A DNA stretch of 64,000 bases from Octopus vulgaris (GCA_951406725.2 OX597838.1:21948001-22012000), one strand, 5' to 3'; shown: positions 14,750-27,769, numbered from the stretch's first letter. Numbers and translations are program-made. The notes: generated by a model not told the origin, from the letters alone.

Positions 14750-15785
14750 TCCTTCTTTCTTTTTTTCCTTTGCTCTCCTGTCTTTCTGGCGATCTTTTAC
14801 TATTTCCTTCCTTCCTTCCTTCCTTTCCACCGTTCTTTCCTCCTTTCTTTCTTTATTCCTGTCTTTCTTTCTTTCTTTCTTTCTTTCTTCCTTTCTTCCT
14901 TCCTTCCATTTTCTTTCTTCCTTCCTTTCTTTCTTTCTTTCTTTCTTTCTTTATTCCTCGCTTTCCTTCTTACTGTCTTTCTTTCTATCATTTTCTTTTT
15001 CTTCTTTTCTTCCTTTCTTTCTTTTGGTTTTCATCCTTTCTTTCTCTCTTCTTTTCTTCCTTAATCCCTTCCTTCCTCTCTTTCATTCTTTCCTTTTCGC
15101 TTTCTTTATTTTTCTGTCTTCCTTCTCTCTTTTTCCCTTCTTCCTTTCCTTGTTTCTTGATTCTTTCATTTTCTTTTTCTTCTTTTCTTCTTTTCTTTCC
15201 TTTTGTTTTCAGTCTTTCTTCTTTCCTCTCTTCCTTCCTTCCTTCCTTCCTTCCTACCTTCCTTCCTTCCTTCCTTCCAACCTCCCTTCCTCCCTCCCTC
15301 CTTTCATTCATTCATTCTTTCTTTCTTTCTTTCCTTTTCGATTTCCTTTTTCGTTTCTGTCTTTCTTCCCTCTTTCTTTTTCCCTTTTCATTCTTCCTTT
15401 CTTAGTTTCTTGTTTCTTTCTCTCATTATCCTTTCCTTCTTTTCTTCCTTTCTTTCTTTTGGTATTCAGTCTTTCTTCCTTCGTCTCATCCTTCCTCCCT
15501 TTCTTTCTTTCCTTTTCGCTTTCCTTATGTCTTTCTGTCTTTCTTCTCTCTTTCTTTTTCCCGTTTCCTTCTTTCTTTCCTTGTTTTGTGTTTCTCTTTT
15601 CTTTCTTTCGCAAGTTCTTCTTTCATTCTTCTTACTTTCTTTGTTCTTTTGTTTCTTTGTTTTCCTTTCTCTCTTTGTTTCTTTCCTCTTTGTTTCTTTC
15701 ATTCTTCCTCCTTTTCTTTCTTCCTTTCTTTCCTTCTTTCTTTCTTTCTTTCTTTCTTTCTTTTATTTCGCCTTTCATTCTTTCC
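14518..15785 (+). repeat. 1.3-kb polypyrimidine (CTTT/CCTT) tract
   Basis: Direct reading; a ~42-nt motif is duplicated at 14531 and 14770. Confidence 0.95.
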
Positions 15786-16272
15786 AAAATTCCATATACC
15801 TATTTTTAAGATGATATAACTAGGTTCCTCTTGGAATCTATAGATCTCAGTCTCTCAATTTCTCTCTTTCTCTCTCTACATATACATATATGTATATGCG
15901 TGCTCACACACGCACACACACATTGGCACACACACAAACACACACACACGCACACACACATTGGCACACACACAAACACACACACACGCACACAATGGCA
16001 CACAAACACAAACACACAAGCAACACGAACACATGAGTCTCTTTGATTTTGTAATTTTCTCTGCAACTCTCCTCTCTTTAACACCCCACACCTCTCTCCA
16101 CCATATATGTGTGTGTGCATGTGTGTGCGTGTGTGTGAATGTATTTATGTGTATGTGTGGGTATATATATATATGTATATATATACACATACACATAAAT
16201 ACATTCACACATACATATATACATACATACATACATACATACATATACATGTCTTTCATTTTAGAATTCTTC

Positions 16273-16324
<52 letters not shown>

Positions 16325-16415
16325 GCACACACATATATACACACAAGCATGTCTTTGATTTTACAATTTTCGTGTATCCGAGCTCTCTTTAACTCCCCTT
16401 ATCTCTATCTGTGTG

Positions 16416-16559
<144 letters not shown>

Positions 16560-16772
16560 GCATACATACGTATATGTATGTGTGTATATATATATACATA
16601 CATATACATATACATACAAACACATCCTTTTTAACTATAACACACTGACTAGAGATAAACTCCCTTTCCCAAACTCTATATAACTCTCCATCTCTCATTC
16701 TCTACATCTTTCTCTTGAACTTCGCATCTCACTTATGCTGCCTATCTCTTTTTCTGTTCGTCTGCCTGTCTT

Positions 16773-16807
<35 letters not shown>

Positions 16808-17007
16808 GTGTAATGCTATATAACAACCTTTTATTCTGGTCCCTCTCTCATTCTCTCTTTTTCACTCTTACCATATCTCTTTATGCATTTCTCCTGCTTT
16901 AGAAGCAGTATCTGTTGCTGAGTGACCCCAGAATCATCCGTGATCGAGACGGACCTATGTTTAAATCAGGGGCATTCCTGATATGACAATCTGATCTTAC
17001 CCTACAT

Positions 17008-17390
17008 CTGTGCTTCTCAGCCAGGGTTCGTATGATCCCGGGGGCTGATGATGATGGTGGTGGGTGAGACAAATGAGAATTCTGGGGGTTCAGGCAAGCA
17101 AAATAGTAATTTAGGGATCCATAGTATTTGTTTTTTCAAAGGTCCATGAAAAAAAATTCAGCAAGAAACAGCCATGTTTCTTTCTCCAACGCTTAAAAAT
17201 ATTTCAGCATGTTTCTTGCTAATGTATGCAAGTGAACGTGTAAAAAACAAAACAGAAATTTTTGAAAGACGTTTTTATAAAAATAGTTTCTAAAGCATCG
17301 AATGGCTATGGGGTCGCACCAGAATAAAACAGAAATCAAAAGGTTCTGTAAGCAAAAAAAAAAAAAAAAAAAAAAAAAGAATGGCTGATA
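17008..17390. mobile_element. Possible decayed hAT-type MITE
   Basis: Ends CTGTGCTTCTCAGCCAGGG and AAGAATGGCTG, with internal GGGGT(T/C)C motifs. Confidence 0.35.
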
Positions 17391-18231
17391 ATAACTGCCA
17401 TAGATCAGACACTATATTGTTCAATGTGCCCATTCTTCCTTTACTCTTTTACTGCGGAAATCAGATATATTTATTCAAAGTTCTATTATCCTTATCTGAA
17501 ACAGCGGAAAGAGGTTTTATATACGAATCTATCTTTTGTTGAGGGATATCAGGTCTGAAGCTATTTTCTGTTGAGATATGCCAAATTTATTGAAGCACCA
17601 AAACCTGTTCGTTGAATTCACTGGCATCTCACCTGCTGCGAATTTACTAGTCCTCCTTTTGTAATCAACGTGTTTTAAGATTGCGGCGAATACCTCTAGA
17701 TCAAATGTTCCCAAACTTTTCACAGTGGTCCCCAACCCTTTTATTTAAATGATAATGACTAGGTCAAGATAGTGTGACCAAGACCAACTTGGGATTTGAC
17801 CCAGGTCATAGTTATGCGACGTAAATGAAAAGTGAATTTAATAGGTTATTCTTTCTTGAGGTGTCTATAGTGTATTAAACAAATGATCGATTAATTAGTT
17901 GGCTAGATAATTAACCAATTGACCAACAATAAAGAAGTGGTATCGAACCATTGCGTGTGTTATTATTGGCGTAATGACGTTCCCAAGGGACAACAAGATA
18001 TTTATATTCTTTCATTCTTTCGTTTCAGTCATTTGACTGCGGCTATGCTGGAGGATCACCCTGCAGGATTTTAGTCTAACAGATCCACCCGAGCACTGTT
18101 TCTTTAAAACCTCCTACTTATTCTATCGGTCTCTTTCGCCGAAAAACTAAGTTACGGGGATGTAAATACTGGTTGTCAAGCGGTGACGGATGGGACAATA
18201 CAGACACCCACAGAGACATCATACACTCAAA

Positions 18232-18300
<69 letters not shown>

Positions 18301-18414
18301 CATTATTATACATACATGCCTCACGCTAAGAGGGACATCAGTCATTTCTACCAAAAATTTTACTAATCATACCCAATGCAAATTTTCAAAGCAAGACATT
18401 TAAAAAATGAATTT

Positions 18415-18478
18415 AGTCTTGTATCACCTGTGATTTCGCACTTACCGCAGAGTTGCGACCATGCTCATCAGCAAGACT
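18415..18478 (-). ncRNA. Type I hammerhead ribozyme (identical copy on the inverted arm)
   Basis: Exact reverse complement of 18540-18603. Confidence 0.85.
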
Positions 18479-18539
18479 GATTCTGAACATATCATAAATA
18501 AACGACCAGTACCGTCAAAGTCGAACAGCCATCAGAATC

Positions 18540-18603
18540 AGTCTTGCTGATGAGCATGGTCGCAACTCTGCGGTAAGTGCGAAATCACAGGTGATACAAG
18601 ACT
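18540..18603 (+). ncRNA. Type I hammerhead ribozyme
   Basis: AGTCTTG-CTGATGA-GCAT..CGCA ACTC TGCG..GTGC-GAAA-TCAC AG GTGA-TA-CAAGACT. It has a 7-bp stem I, intact CUGAUGA and GAAA cores, stems II and III, and an AUA cleavage triplet (cut after 18596). Confidence 0.85.
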
Positions 18604-18849
18604 AAATTCATTTTTTAAGTGTCTTGCTTTGAAAAATTGCATTGGGTATGATTAGTAAAATTTTTGGTAGAAATGACTGATGTCCCTCTTAGCGTGAGGC
18701 ATGTATGTATAATAATGCCCTCTATATATAAATTAATATGTTCAATAAGAAAGAATTATTTTCGAAATTTTTCTCTTATGAGGTTTTTTCACGCTATCTA
18801 CCTGATAATTTCTTGTTAAGATTCCTTATTAAGAAGTTATCCTTAATTG

Positions 18850-18916
<67 letters not shown>

Positions 18917-18947
18917 TTTGGGTGTATGATGTCTCTGTGTGTGTCTG

Positions 18948-18996
<49 letters not shown>

Positions 18997-19243
18997 ATAT
19001 ATGTATGTATGTATATATATATGATGGGTCTCCTTCAGTTTCCGTCCACCAAATCCACTCACAAGGCTTTCGTCAACTCCTAGCTATAGTAGAAGACACT
19101 TGCCCAAGGTGCCACGAAGAAGGGCTGAACCCGGAACCACGTGGCTGGGAAGCAAGCGTCTTACCACACAGCCACACCTGCGCCTATGTATGCAAGTATG
19201 TATGTATGTATCTATCTATATCTATATATGTGTATGTATATAT

Positions 19244-19286
<43 letters not shown>

Positions 19287-20269
19287 TACATACATACATA
19301 CATTTTGAAAATTGTAAGATATAAGAGCGAATTTATTCATATCGGATTGTGAATGACACACGCTGTGTTTGTAGCTGAGAAAACGAACGGAGAAACAGCA
19401 TCTTAATGCACCAATCAAAACTCTAACAGCCCAGGGCGCTTTCACACGTCATCATGGGAATGAGTTTTTTTCCCCCCGTAACAATTTCCTCAGCGGGAAA
19501 TCTTATATCCGAATACATTCGCACAAGCACACACATAAACACACACACACACACACATACACACACATATATGATACATATATCGTCAATCAAAAATACC
19601 AGTCGAACATCTGACAAAAGAAATGCTTTACATCAAATCTTCGTAATTTTGTAAAATTATGCCGATATCTACATCAAAGTTGTTCTTTTATTCTTTGACA
19701 ACTCATCTCATCTGAAGGTCTCAACATGTTTGTTTTGCAATAACATATTTAAAAGCATCTTGCCAGCCTGCATTGACACTATCGCATCGAACTTCCTACC
19801 ATCACATCCTCTCATCACTTAAAATTCACACATGTCAATGTTAAAAATCCCTAATGTCAGTTATTTGCCAACGTCTGTCCTATGTCTTTCGCAATTCTTT
19901 ATTGCGATTATATATCTATGCCATTATACATCCCGAAAGTAAACAAACCCCACCCATCCTCGTTATACCGTTTAATCTGTGCAGATACTTTCTGGTGATT
20001 CAAACTTATTAATGTATCATTCACAAGGCATGTCTGCTGAATACTAAATTAAGTTCAAATATGAAATAGCAGCAACGCTAGTGCAATCAGAAATTATCGA
20101 CATCATTTACTCAACGTAAAATCTCCTTGTATTTGCCTCTAGGCTACCATTAGACGTGGTGAAGATTACGATTAGACGTGGTGAAGATAGTATGTATATA
20201 TACGTACACACACACACACACGCTCAAACACAAACATACAAACATAGTACATATATATATATGTATATG

Positions 20270-20333
<64 letters not shown>

Positions 20334-20399
20334 AGAGAGAGAGAGAGAGAGAGATACAGATAGATTAATATATAGATAGATAGAAATGAGCATATATGT

Positions 20400-20486
<87 letters not shown>

Positions 20487-20920
20487 CATATGCATATATA
20501 TATATGTACTATGTTTGTGTTTGAGCGTGTGTGTGTGTACGTATATATATATATATACTATCTGGATACTTTGTCTTAACGTTATTCTATACAAGTTTTG
20601 AGAGCACCTCAATCGAATCTTCCGAGAAAATTTCCTCACTGTATGTGTGGAAGTATAAGCGTGCGTTTGTATATCTGTCTATATGTGAGTGTCTACATGT
20701 GTGCCAGTGTGTCAGTCTTACGTCCTCTATTCAGGTTATCTTCCTCTCACCTTTTCATCAATTACAACAACACCCCTAGTTTACCCAGGCTACCAGTATC
20801 TCAGATTTCACTTCTACTTGGGCGGACACGGAGCAGTAACATCATTTCACATCTCTAGTAATAGATCAAAGTTTCCTTTAAATATAAACTTTCCTTTAAA
20901 TATATATATATATATATATA

Positions 20921-21024
20921 TAAATAATAAATATTAGGGAATAAATCCAAATTTACAGGGAAAAAAATCAGATTTAGGATTAAATCCAATTTTATAGTAA
21001 AATATTATAAAATATTATTAGAGA

Positions 21025-21075
<51 letters not shown>

Positions 21076-21217
21076 TATAATATTATTAGAGACAAAACCA
21101 CTATTTTGTAAAACAAACAAGGAAAGACTTAATCAATACATAAAATTTTAATAAATTTTATGTATTGATTAAGTCTTTCCTTGTTTGTTTTACAAAATAG
21201 TGGTTTTGTCTCTAATA

Positions 21218-21222
<5 letters not shown>
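20921..21222 (-). mobile_element. Foldback element in (TA)n, same family as 41942-42195
   Basis: Perfect 70-bp arms at 21079-21148 and 21153-21222. The tail at 20921-21029 matches the reverse complement of about 42086-42195. Confidence 0.75.
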
Positions 21223-21269
<47 letters not shown>

Positions 21270-21373
21270 AATCAAAATTGCATGATATGCATAATATATA
21301 TCATATATTTTATATGTATATGTATTATATTCTATATAATTATATATATATACACATACATATTCCGTATATG

Positions 21374-21409
<36 letters not shown>

Positions 21410-21435
21410 CATACACATACATATTCCGTATATAC

Positions 21436-21498
<63 letters not shown>

Positions 21499-21886
21499 AT
21501 ATATAACAGGTTGACCTCACCCGGCCGCATTGATTACTTGTTTTATTGATTGTGTGTATACAGATCTGTTGAATGAAGTGGCCGACAGCCAATCAAATGT
21601 CGACAATGCCTGTCATGCATAATATATTGTGGACATTTATTATAGATTCGGTTGGACTTTGCTCTTGACTTTGTTCTTCTTTGTCTTTTAGAGTTTGTAG
21701 TTGATATTGCTGTTGTTGTTGTTGTTGTAGTTTTTCTTTTGATCGTGTTAAAAATCTATATTCTGTCATTTTTAGACAGTTCACCGACACTTCAATGTAA
21801 TGTACTGCGCTGATGCGGTGATTTTTTTTTTCACTCGATACATGCTTCGAACTGCTATACATATATCTGCTCATACATATATACAT

Positions 21887-22060
21887 ACTAGGTCTGATCA
21901 AAAAGTATCGAGACTGTCGCTTTGGTAATGGAGTTAAAATATGCAAAGTAAAGTCGCTTGGCACAGGTTGACCTTAAACTCTGTTGCACATGCGCACCAA
22001 GTTATCAGCTTCTCGTTCACTTTCATTGTTAACAACTGAGCAAGAAAGTGAAGTGTGTAA
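21887..22060 (+). mobile_element. Mariner-type TIR remnant
   Basis: TACTAGGTCTGATCAAAAAGTATCGAGACT resembles mariner termini; no coding relic is visible. Confidence 0.4.
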
Positions 22061-22389
22061 AGTGTGGTCGTATGCATATGTCATTGTATTGGCATCCTTT
22101 CTGTCTCGGGAGACAATGGAGTTGCGCATGAAGTAGTCTAGTCCGGCTTTTATATTTCATGTCCTGATACATTTCCTGCTGTGGCTGTGTAGTCCTATCC
22201 TGGACAAACAGTCTTACGTCCTCTATTCAGATTATCTTCCTCTCACCTTTTCATCAATTACAACACCCCTAGTTTACCCAGGCTACCAGTATCTCAGATT
22301 TCACTTCTACTTGGGAGGACACGGAGCAATAACATCATTTCACATCTCTAGTAATAGATCCAAGTTTCCTTTAAATATAAACTTTCCTT

Positions 22390-22445
<56 letters not shown>

Positions 22446-22772
22446 AATCAAAATTGCATGATATGCATAATATATATCATATATTTTATATGTATTTGTA
22501 TTATATTCTATATAATTATATATATATACACATACATATTCCGTATATGTAAGTATGTATATATCATATGCCGCGGAGTAGATAAACCAGGGACAACTGA
22601 TGAAGGGAGTGTTCTTAATGTTGCATGTTTCGTTTCTCTGTTGGTTCGTTTATTTTTACGTTGTTCGTTTTCTATGTTTTTGACTTTATGCTCTCGTTTC
22701 TCATTCTTTCTACGTTTTTTCTGCTGTCCTGTGCCCATATATGCATGTATATATACATATACATGTAGCTAT

Positions 22773-22855
<83 letters not shown>

Positions 22856-22905
22856 CATATATTTATATATTATCAAAGTAAGCAACAAGAATATCTTCGG
22901 TAATT

Positions 22906-22989
22906 TGGTACGATCGTTTCACGCTACATCATTTTATTACACATTGTAACTATTACATCAGTTTTAAAATGTTGAGCAATCTTCAGCCA
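22906..22989 (-). ncRNA. Hammerhead ribozyme with palindromic stem III and long stem II
   Basis: Minus strand reads TGG-CTGAAGA-TTGCTCAACATTTT...AAAATGATGTAGCGT-GAAACGATCGTA-CCA. Stem III (ACGATCGT) is palindromic, the triplet is GUA, and stem I is only about 3 bp. Confidence 0.65.
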
Positions 22990-23081
22990 TTCATGGGGAT
23001 TTTCCATCAATACATCTACTTATTTCCATATTAATAAGTATATGGAAATAAGTATATGTATTGATGGAAAACCTCTATGAA

Positions 23082-23165
23082 TGGCTGAAGATTGCTCAAC
23101 ATTTTAAAACTGATGTAATACTTAGAATGTGTAATAAAATGATGTAGCGTGAAAGGATCGTACCA
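23082..23165 (+). ncRNA. Hammerhead copy with a stem III substitution
   Basis: Same motif as 22906-22989 but GAAAGGATCGTA; the C>G change breaks the palindrome. Confidence 0.5.
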
Positions 23166-23283
23166 AATTACCGAAGATATTCTTGTTGCTTACTTTGATT
23201 ATAACCAGCCCATGGATTTATATGGATAACACCATACAAAATTCTGGTGTATCTGACTTAAGTACCATATTCATTTGAATCTA

Positions 23284-23384
<101 letters not shown>

Positions 23385-23410
23385 CAAACATTTATATATC
23401 TGTTCATGAA

Positions 23411-23457
<47 letters not shown>

Positions 23458-23852
23458 GTAATATGTATATATCATATGCAAGTTGATATATATATATATA
23501 TATTGAGCGAGTAAGTGACAAGAAAAGAGAAATATACGTGTTTACGTATATAAATATCATTAATCCTCATGTTGAAATGATATACGCTAGGTGAAGTATT
23601 CATAACTACCTCGAACCGCCGTCATAGCATGGGTTTAATCTCTCACACCAATTCTATCTTTGAGCAAATCAATCATTCATATTAAATTTGCTTTACTACT
23701 CACGTGGAGACTGTCATAAACAACCGTATGAAATCGTACAATCGCTCTGATTACCGACCGCATAGTGTCCATAGTTATGTCTCGAGAATGATCTGCGATT
23801 ATGATTCAACAGTGTCTATGGTTTCGAGTTACATACAAGCTGTTGATAGAAC

Positions 23853-24246
23853 TTATGAAGAGGATATGGATGCGAGTTACATAGAAAAATGTGCTTGTGA
23901 GTCATATACATAGTCTGTGCTTATGAGTCACAAATAAGCTAGGGTTACGAGCCGTATGGCTGATGTGGTTGTGGTTCTGAATCAGAGGCATAAGCTTTGT
24001 TTTTTTAGACACACATAAGCTGTGTCTACAAGTCACTTATGAAGAGGATATGGATGCGAGTTGCATAGAAAATGTGCTTGTGAGTCATATACATAGTCTG
24101 TGCTTGTGAGTCATATACATAGTCTGTGCTTATGAGTCAAAAATAAGCTAGGGTTACGAACCGTATGGCTGATGTGGTTGTGGTTCTGAATCAAATGCAT
24201 AATCTTTGTTTTTTTAGACACACATAAGCTGTGTCTACGAGTCACT
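23853..24246 (+). repeat. Tandem duplication (~184/210 bp) built from ~26-bp subunits
   Basis: TTATGAAGAGGATATGGATGCGAG at 23853 and 24037; subunit GAGTCATATACATAGTCTGTGCTT(G/A)T. Confidence 0.85.
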
Positions 24247-24264
24247 GCAACAAGCTTTGGTAAT

Positions 24265-24500
24265 GGCGGTGAGCTGGCAGAAGCGTTAGCACGTCGGGCG
24301 AAATGCTTAGCGGTATTTTGTCTGCCGTTACGTTCTGAGTTCAAATTCCGCCGAGGTCGACTTTGCCTTTCATCCTTTCGGGGTCGAAAAATTAAGTACC
24401 AGTAGTTGCTCACAGGGGTCGATGTAATCGACTTAATACCTATGTCTGTCCTTGTTTGTCCCTTCTGTGTTTAGCCCCTTGTGGGTAATAAAGAAATAGG
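24265..24500 (+). mobile_element. SINE family B
   Basis: Near-identical to 51379-51610. Confidence 0.85.
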
Positions 24501-25453
24501 TAATCTAGGGTTTTTGGTTTCGAGTAACACACAGGCCGTACATATTTGTTTTAAAATGTGTCGTAGGGGGTAGGATTGCGGGTGTGATAGTTCGCTTGGA
24601 CTCACCTGAGTTGTGTCGTGTCGCTGTCTCAAAGTGACCATTTCTGATTGGTTTACTTTATATTCTGATTAGTAGAGGTCACAGCCGTGATGATTCACTG
24701 CTATAAGCGGGAGCATGAGTGTAAAAAAGAATATTACAATGGCTCCAGGTTCGCAGTAGCAGAATACAATCAAAAACAAAAAGAGGATCTGAACTCCAGG
24801 GGTCTCAATTGAAACTTAATAAGGAAAAAACATGTCTGGTTGCGGTTTATTTTTTCATTTATCCTATCAGAATTATTAAAGGAATTCAGGGTAGCGGATT
24901 GGCAGAAGGTCGAACCGGATCCTTTCGTAATCAATTTTGCATACAGGGTTCAAATTCAGCTTTAACTCAGTTAACTGATAGCTTTAATCGATAATCCAGT
25001 TTAATAGCACTGTCTGGCTTGTGATGCGCCTTTAATGCAACGGTTCTGTTTTTTTAACCCTTTTTTTTCCTATCTACTGAACCCTTTGATTACCATTTTA
25101 TCCTGAAGGACCGCCAAAGCCAAAGGATGTTTAGAAACTAGCTTTATAGAGAATTCTTTCAAAATTCCCGTTTTGCTTTTCACGCATTTACCTGTGTAGG
25201 TTGAACTGTGTAAAATGTTAGAGAACGAAACCCAAAAGGCTCTTGCAACAAATACATTTAAATCAAAACTTTAAATGGACCCTTAGTGATCATGTGGACC
25301 TTGATCAGAACTACTGTTTTAGTGGAAACCTTTTGTTCAAAGCACTGAGATCAGATTTCCGGTTTGAACACATCTTCCACCCACCTTTCTGAGGCCCTAT
25401 AAAGGGTCATAGGTATTATTTTCCTACCGAGTTATAACACTGTGTAACAAAGC

Positions 25454-25519
<66 letters not shown>

Positions 25520-25532
<13 letters not shown>

Positions 25533-26160
25533 TTGCTTTGGTCAATTTCCTATTTGCTTTTGTATAGAAACCAAAGGAAATGATCTACTGTTCCCTTCAA
25601 GGAAATATTAGCCATTCTTCAAAATTTTCTAGGGGTGCTTTTATCAAGAAATCAAAAGAAATCACTACTATTCCCTTCAAACTTTGCTTTTGTCACCTGG
25701 ATATCAATGTTTTTGAAATTGACCTATTTTCCATTACATTTCAGACAGATTCAGTGCTGAGTCTCTGAAGCAGAAATAGCGTTATAGAAAATATTCTGTT
25801 CAATAGCATATATTTGCTTCTTGTCTTTGGTCAGTAAGTGTTATTTCTTATTTGTTTCTGTCTAGAAATCAAAGGAGTTCACTATTATTCTCTCCAAACT
25901 GTGCTTTTATGACCTGGATATCAAGGTTTTGTAACTGACCTATTTTTCCCCATTACACTTCAGACAAATTCAGTACTGAGTTTGCTAAAGCAGAAATATC
26001 ATTATAACAAATATTCTGCTCAATTCCACAGATTTTCTTGTCAGTTGCTTCACCATATCTCTTAGAGGCTGACAATTTGTACGTCTCTGATCATGAACAG
26101 GAGTAGTGAAGGAGCAACACAGCCATGTGCTGAGAAAGATTTTGAGGGGTTTGAATAAAT
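25520..26160 (+). mobile_element. Diverged relative of the (AAT)n-flanked repeat, with internal tandem duplication
   Basis: Duplicated block (GACCTATTTTCC..ATTACA.TTCAGACA.ATTCAGT.CTGAG) near 25720 and 25935, then AAATATTCTGCTCAAT..CACAGATT shared with 55089 onward. Confidence 0.55.
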
Positions 26161-26798
26161 ATAAGAAAGGTAAAGTTGGAAGGAAATATTAGCCGATTTT
26201 TCATACTTTCTAAGAGTAAACAAATAGGAAATAAGAGTTGCTATCCAAGGACAAAAATCGTGTTACATAATATAATGGAGAAAAAAAACAACAACAAAAG
26301 TTGATACGGAGAAGAATCACATGCGCATTTCCAGAACACTGAATATGGCAAGAGTAACAAGTTTGATTTTCTCGATCTAAATGGAAAATTCTATGAAAAT
26401 ATTTGTAATAACATCAGGTAGGATTTCATGCTTAATGTCATTTCTCTGGCACGAAATCAAGGAAACATCGAATCGAATCGATCTATTTTAGTAAACCTGG
26501 AAGGATAAGGTGATGGGGATGACCTCGGCAGGAAGCGAACTCAGAACGTTAATGGAGAAAAATCCATAATGTTATGTAGTGCAACAGATGTGAGGTTTCT
26601 AAGGAAATGGTTTTCAAATAAATATAGAGATCATCATACAGAGTGAATGACCATATAAACATACACACTAGTTTACACAGAGGAATATATATTTAACCAC
26701 ACACAACATACACATACAGAAATTCATACACACATACATACACAAACACACACACAGAGGCAACACATACACATATATGTGCTCATGCGCTAAATAGT

Positions 26799-27043
26799 AT
26801 ACGGTGAGTGCTGAAAAGTTCCCGGCTTTAAGGGTGTCGTGAAAGGCCTGGTTGGCGGCCCAACCTTCTAAGTTCTTTTAAAGGGTTTAGAAAAGCGGAA
26901 GGACCGCTGCAATAAGTGCGTGAATCTGAGAGGGAAATCTGAAAGAGGAATATGTGAATCTGAGAGGGGAATATGTTGAATGAAATCATAATTAACTGTA
27001 TTTTCTTTTACTCAAATTCAAGAACTTTTCCACACCCCACGTA
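26799..27043 (+). mobile_element. Mariner-derived MITE
   Basis: Imperfect TIRs (TACGGTGAGTGCTGAAAAGTTC ... GAACTTTTCCACACCCCACGTA) and an internal mariner C-terminal relic GLEKRKDRCNKCVNLRGE(YVE). Confidence 0.65.
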
Positions 27044-27165
27044 CATGTACATACACAAAATAATATATACGTGTATACTAAGTGTATGTGCAGGTTCGGG
27101 TACATACTCAAAATAATATATACGTATAAATACGTATACACTAATATATACGTATATACTAGGTG

Positions 27166-27290
27166 AAGACACATGGCTCAGTGATTAGAGCGTCGAGCAT
27201 ACGATCGTGTGGTTGTGTGTTCGAATCCCGGACCGGGCTGCGTGTTGTGTTCTAGAGCAAGACACTTTATTTCACATTGCACCAGTTCAC
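27166..27290 (+). mobile_element. SINE family C head
   Basis: TGGCTCAGTGATTAG...GTTCGAATCCC...GAGCAAGACACTTTATTTCAC. Confidence 0.7.
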
Positions 27291-27378
27291 ATTTTTCTTC
27301 ATATATATATATATATATATATACAGAGAGAGAGAGAGAGAGGTATGTGTGTGTGTGTATATATATGTATGTATGTAA

Positions 27379-27753
27379 TAGGCGCAAGAGTAGCTCTGTG
27401 ATAAGTAGCTTGCTTATGAACCACATGGTTCCAGGTTCATTTCCACTGCGTGTCTTCTACTATAGCCTCGAGCCGACCAAAGCTTCGTGAGTAAATTTGG
27501 TTGAGGGAAACTGAAAGAAGCCCGTCGTATATATACATATGTGTGTTTGTGTGTCTGTGTTTGTCCCCCCGCCAGCGCTTGACAACTGATGCTGGTGTGT
27601 TTACATCTCCGCAAGTTAGCGGTTCAGCAAAAATACCGATAGAATAAGTACTAGGCTTACAAAGGATAAGTCCTGAAGTTGATTTGCTCGACTAAAGGCG
27701 GTGCTCAAGCATGGCTGCAGTCAAATGACTGAAACAAATAAAAGAGTAAAAGA
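27379..27753 (+). mobile_element. SINE family A
   Basis: Match to 7701-8219. Confidence 0.8.
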
Positions 27754-27769
27754 GTATATATATACATTT

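Larger units (their letters stand above)
18297..18850 (+). mobile_element. Foldback element in (TA)n with hammerhead ribozyme, probably a Penelope-like element end
   Basis: 190-bp inverted arms at 18297-18486 and 18532-18721 (about 2 mismatches), a 45-nt spacer and a ~125-nt unique tail, with (TA)n on both sides. Confidence 0.8.
18010..19185 (-). mobile_element. SINE family A, split by the 18297-18850 foldback sitting in its internal TA tract
   Basis: The tail half (18010-18230) and head half (19023-19185) are in the correct order and orientation around the insert. Confidence 0.7.
20712..22548 (+). repeat. Local direct duplication (20712-20900 plus 21266-21373 versus 22209-22548)
   Basis: Near-identical CAGTCTTACGTCCTC...TTTCCTTTAAA(TA)n...CCAATCAAAATTGCATG blocks about 1.5 kb apart. 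Confidence 0.85.

Noticed and set aside
14492-15819. Long F/L/S-rich ORFs up to 431 aa
   Set aside because: A polypyrimidine tract lacks stop codons by composition.
22120-22220. Possible decayed hammerhead (GTCTAG/CTGGAC stem followed by AAACAGTC)
   Set aside because: Both core boxes are mutated and stem I does not pair, so it is too degenerate to call.
22585-22640. CTGATGA motif as a hammerhead
   Set aside because: No properly placed GAAA or stem III downstream.
24600-24700. Minus-strand exon candidate with a CAG|GTGAGT donor
   Set aside because: Stops in all three frames and no supporting neighbouring exons.
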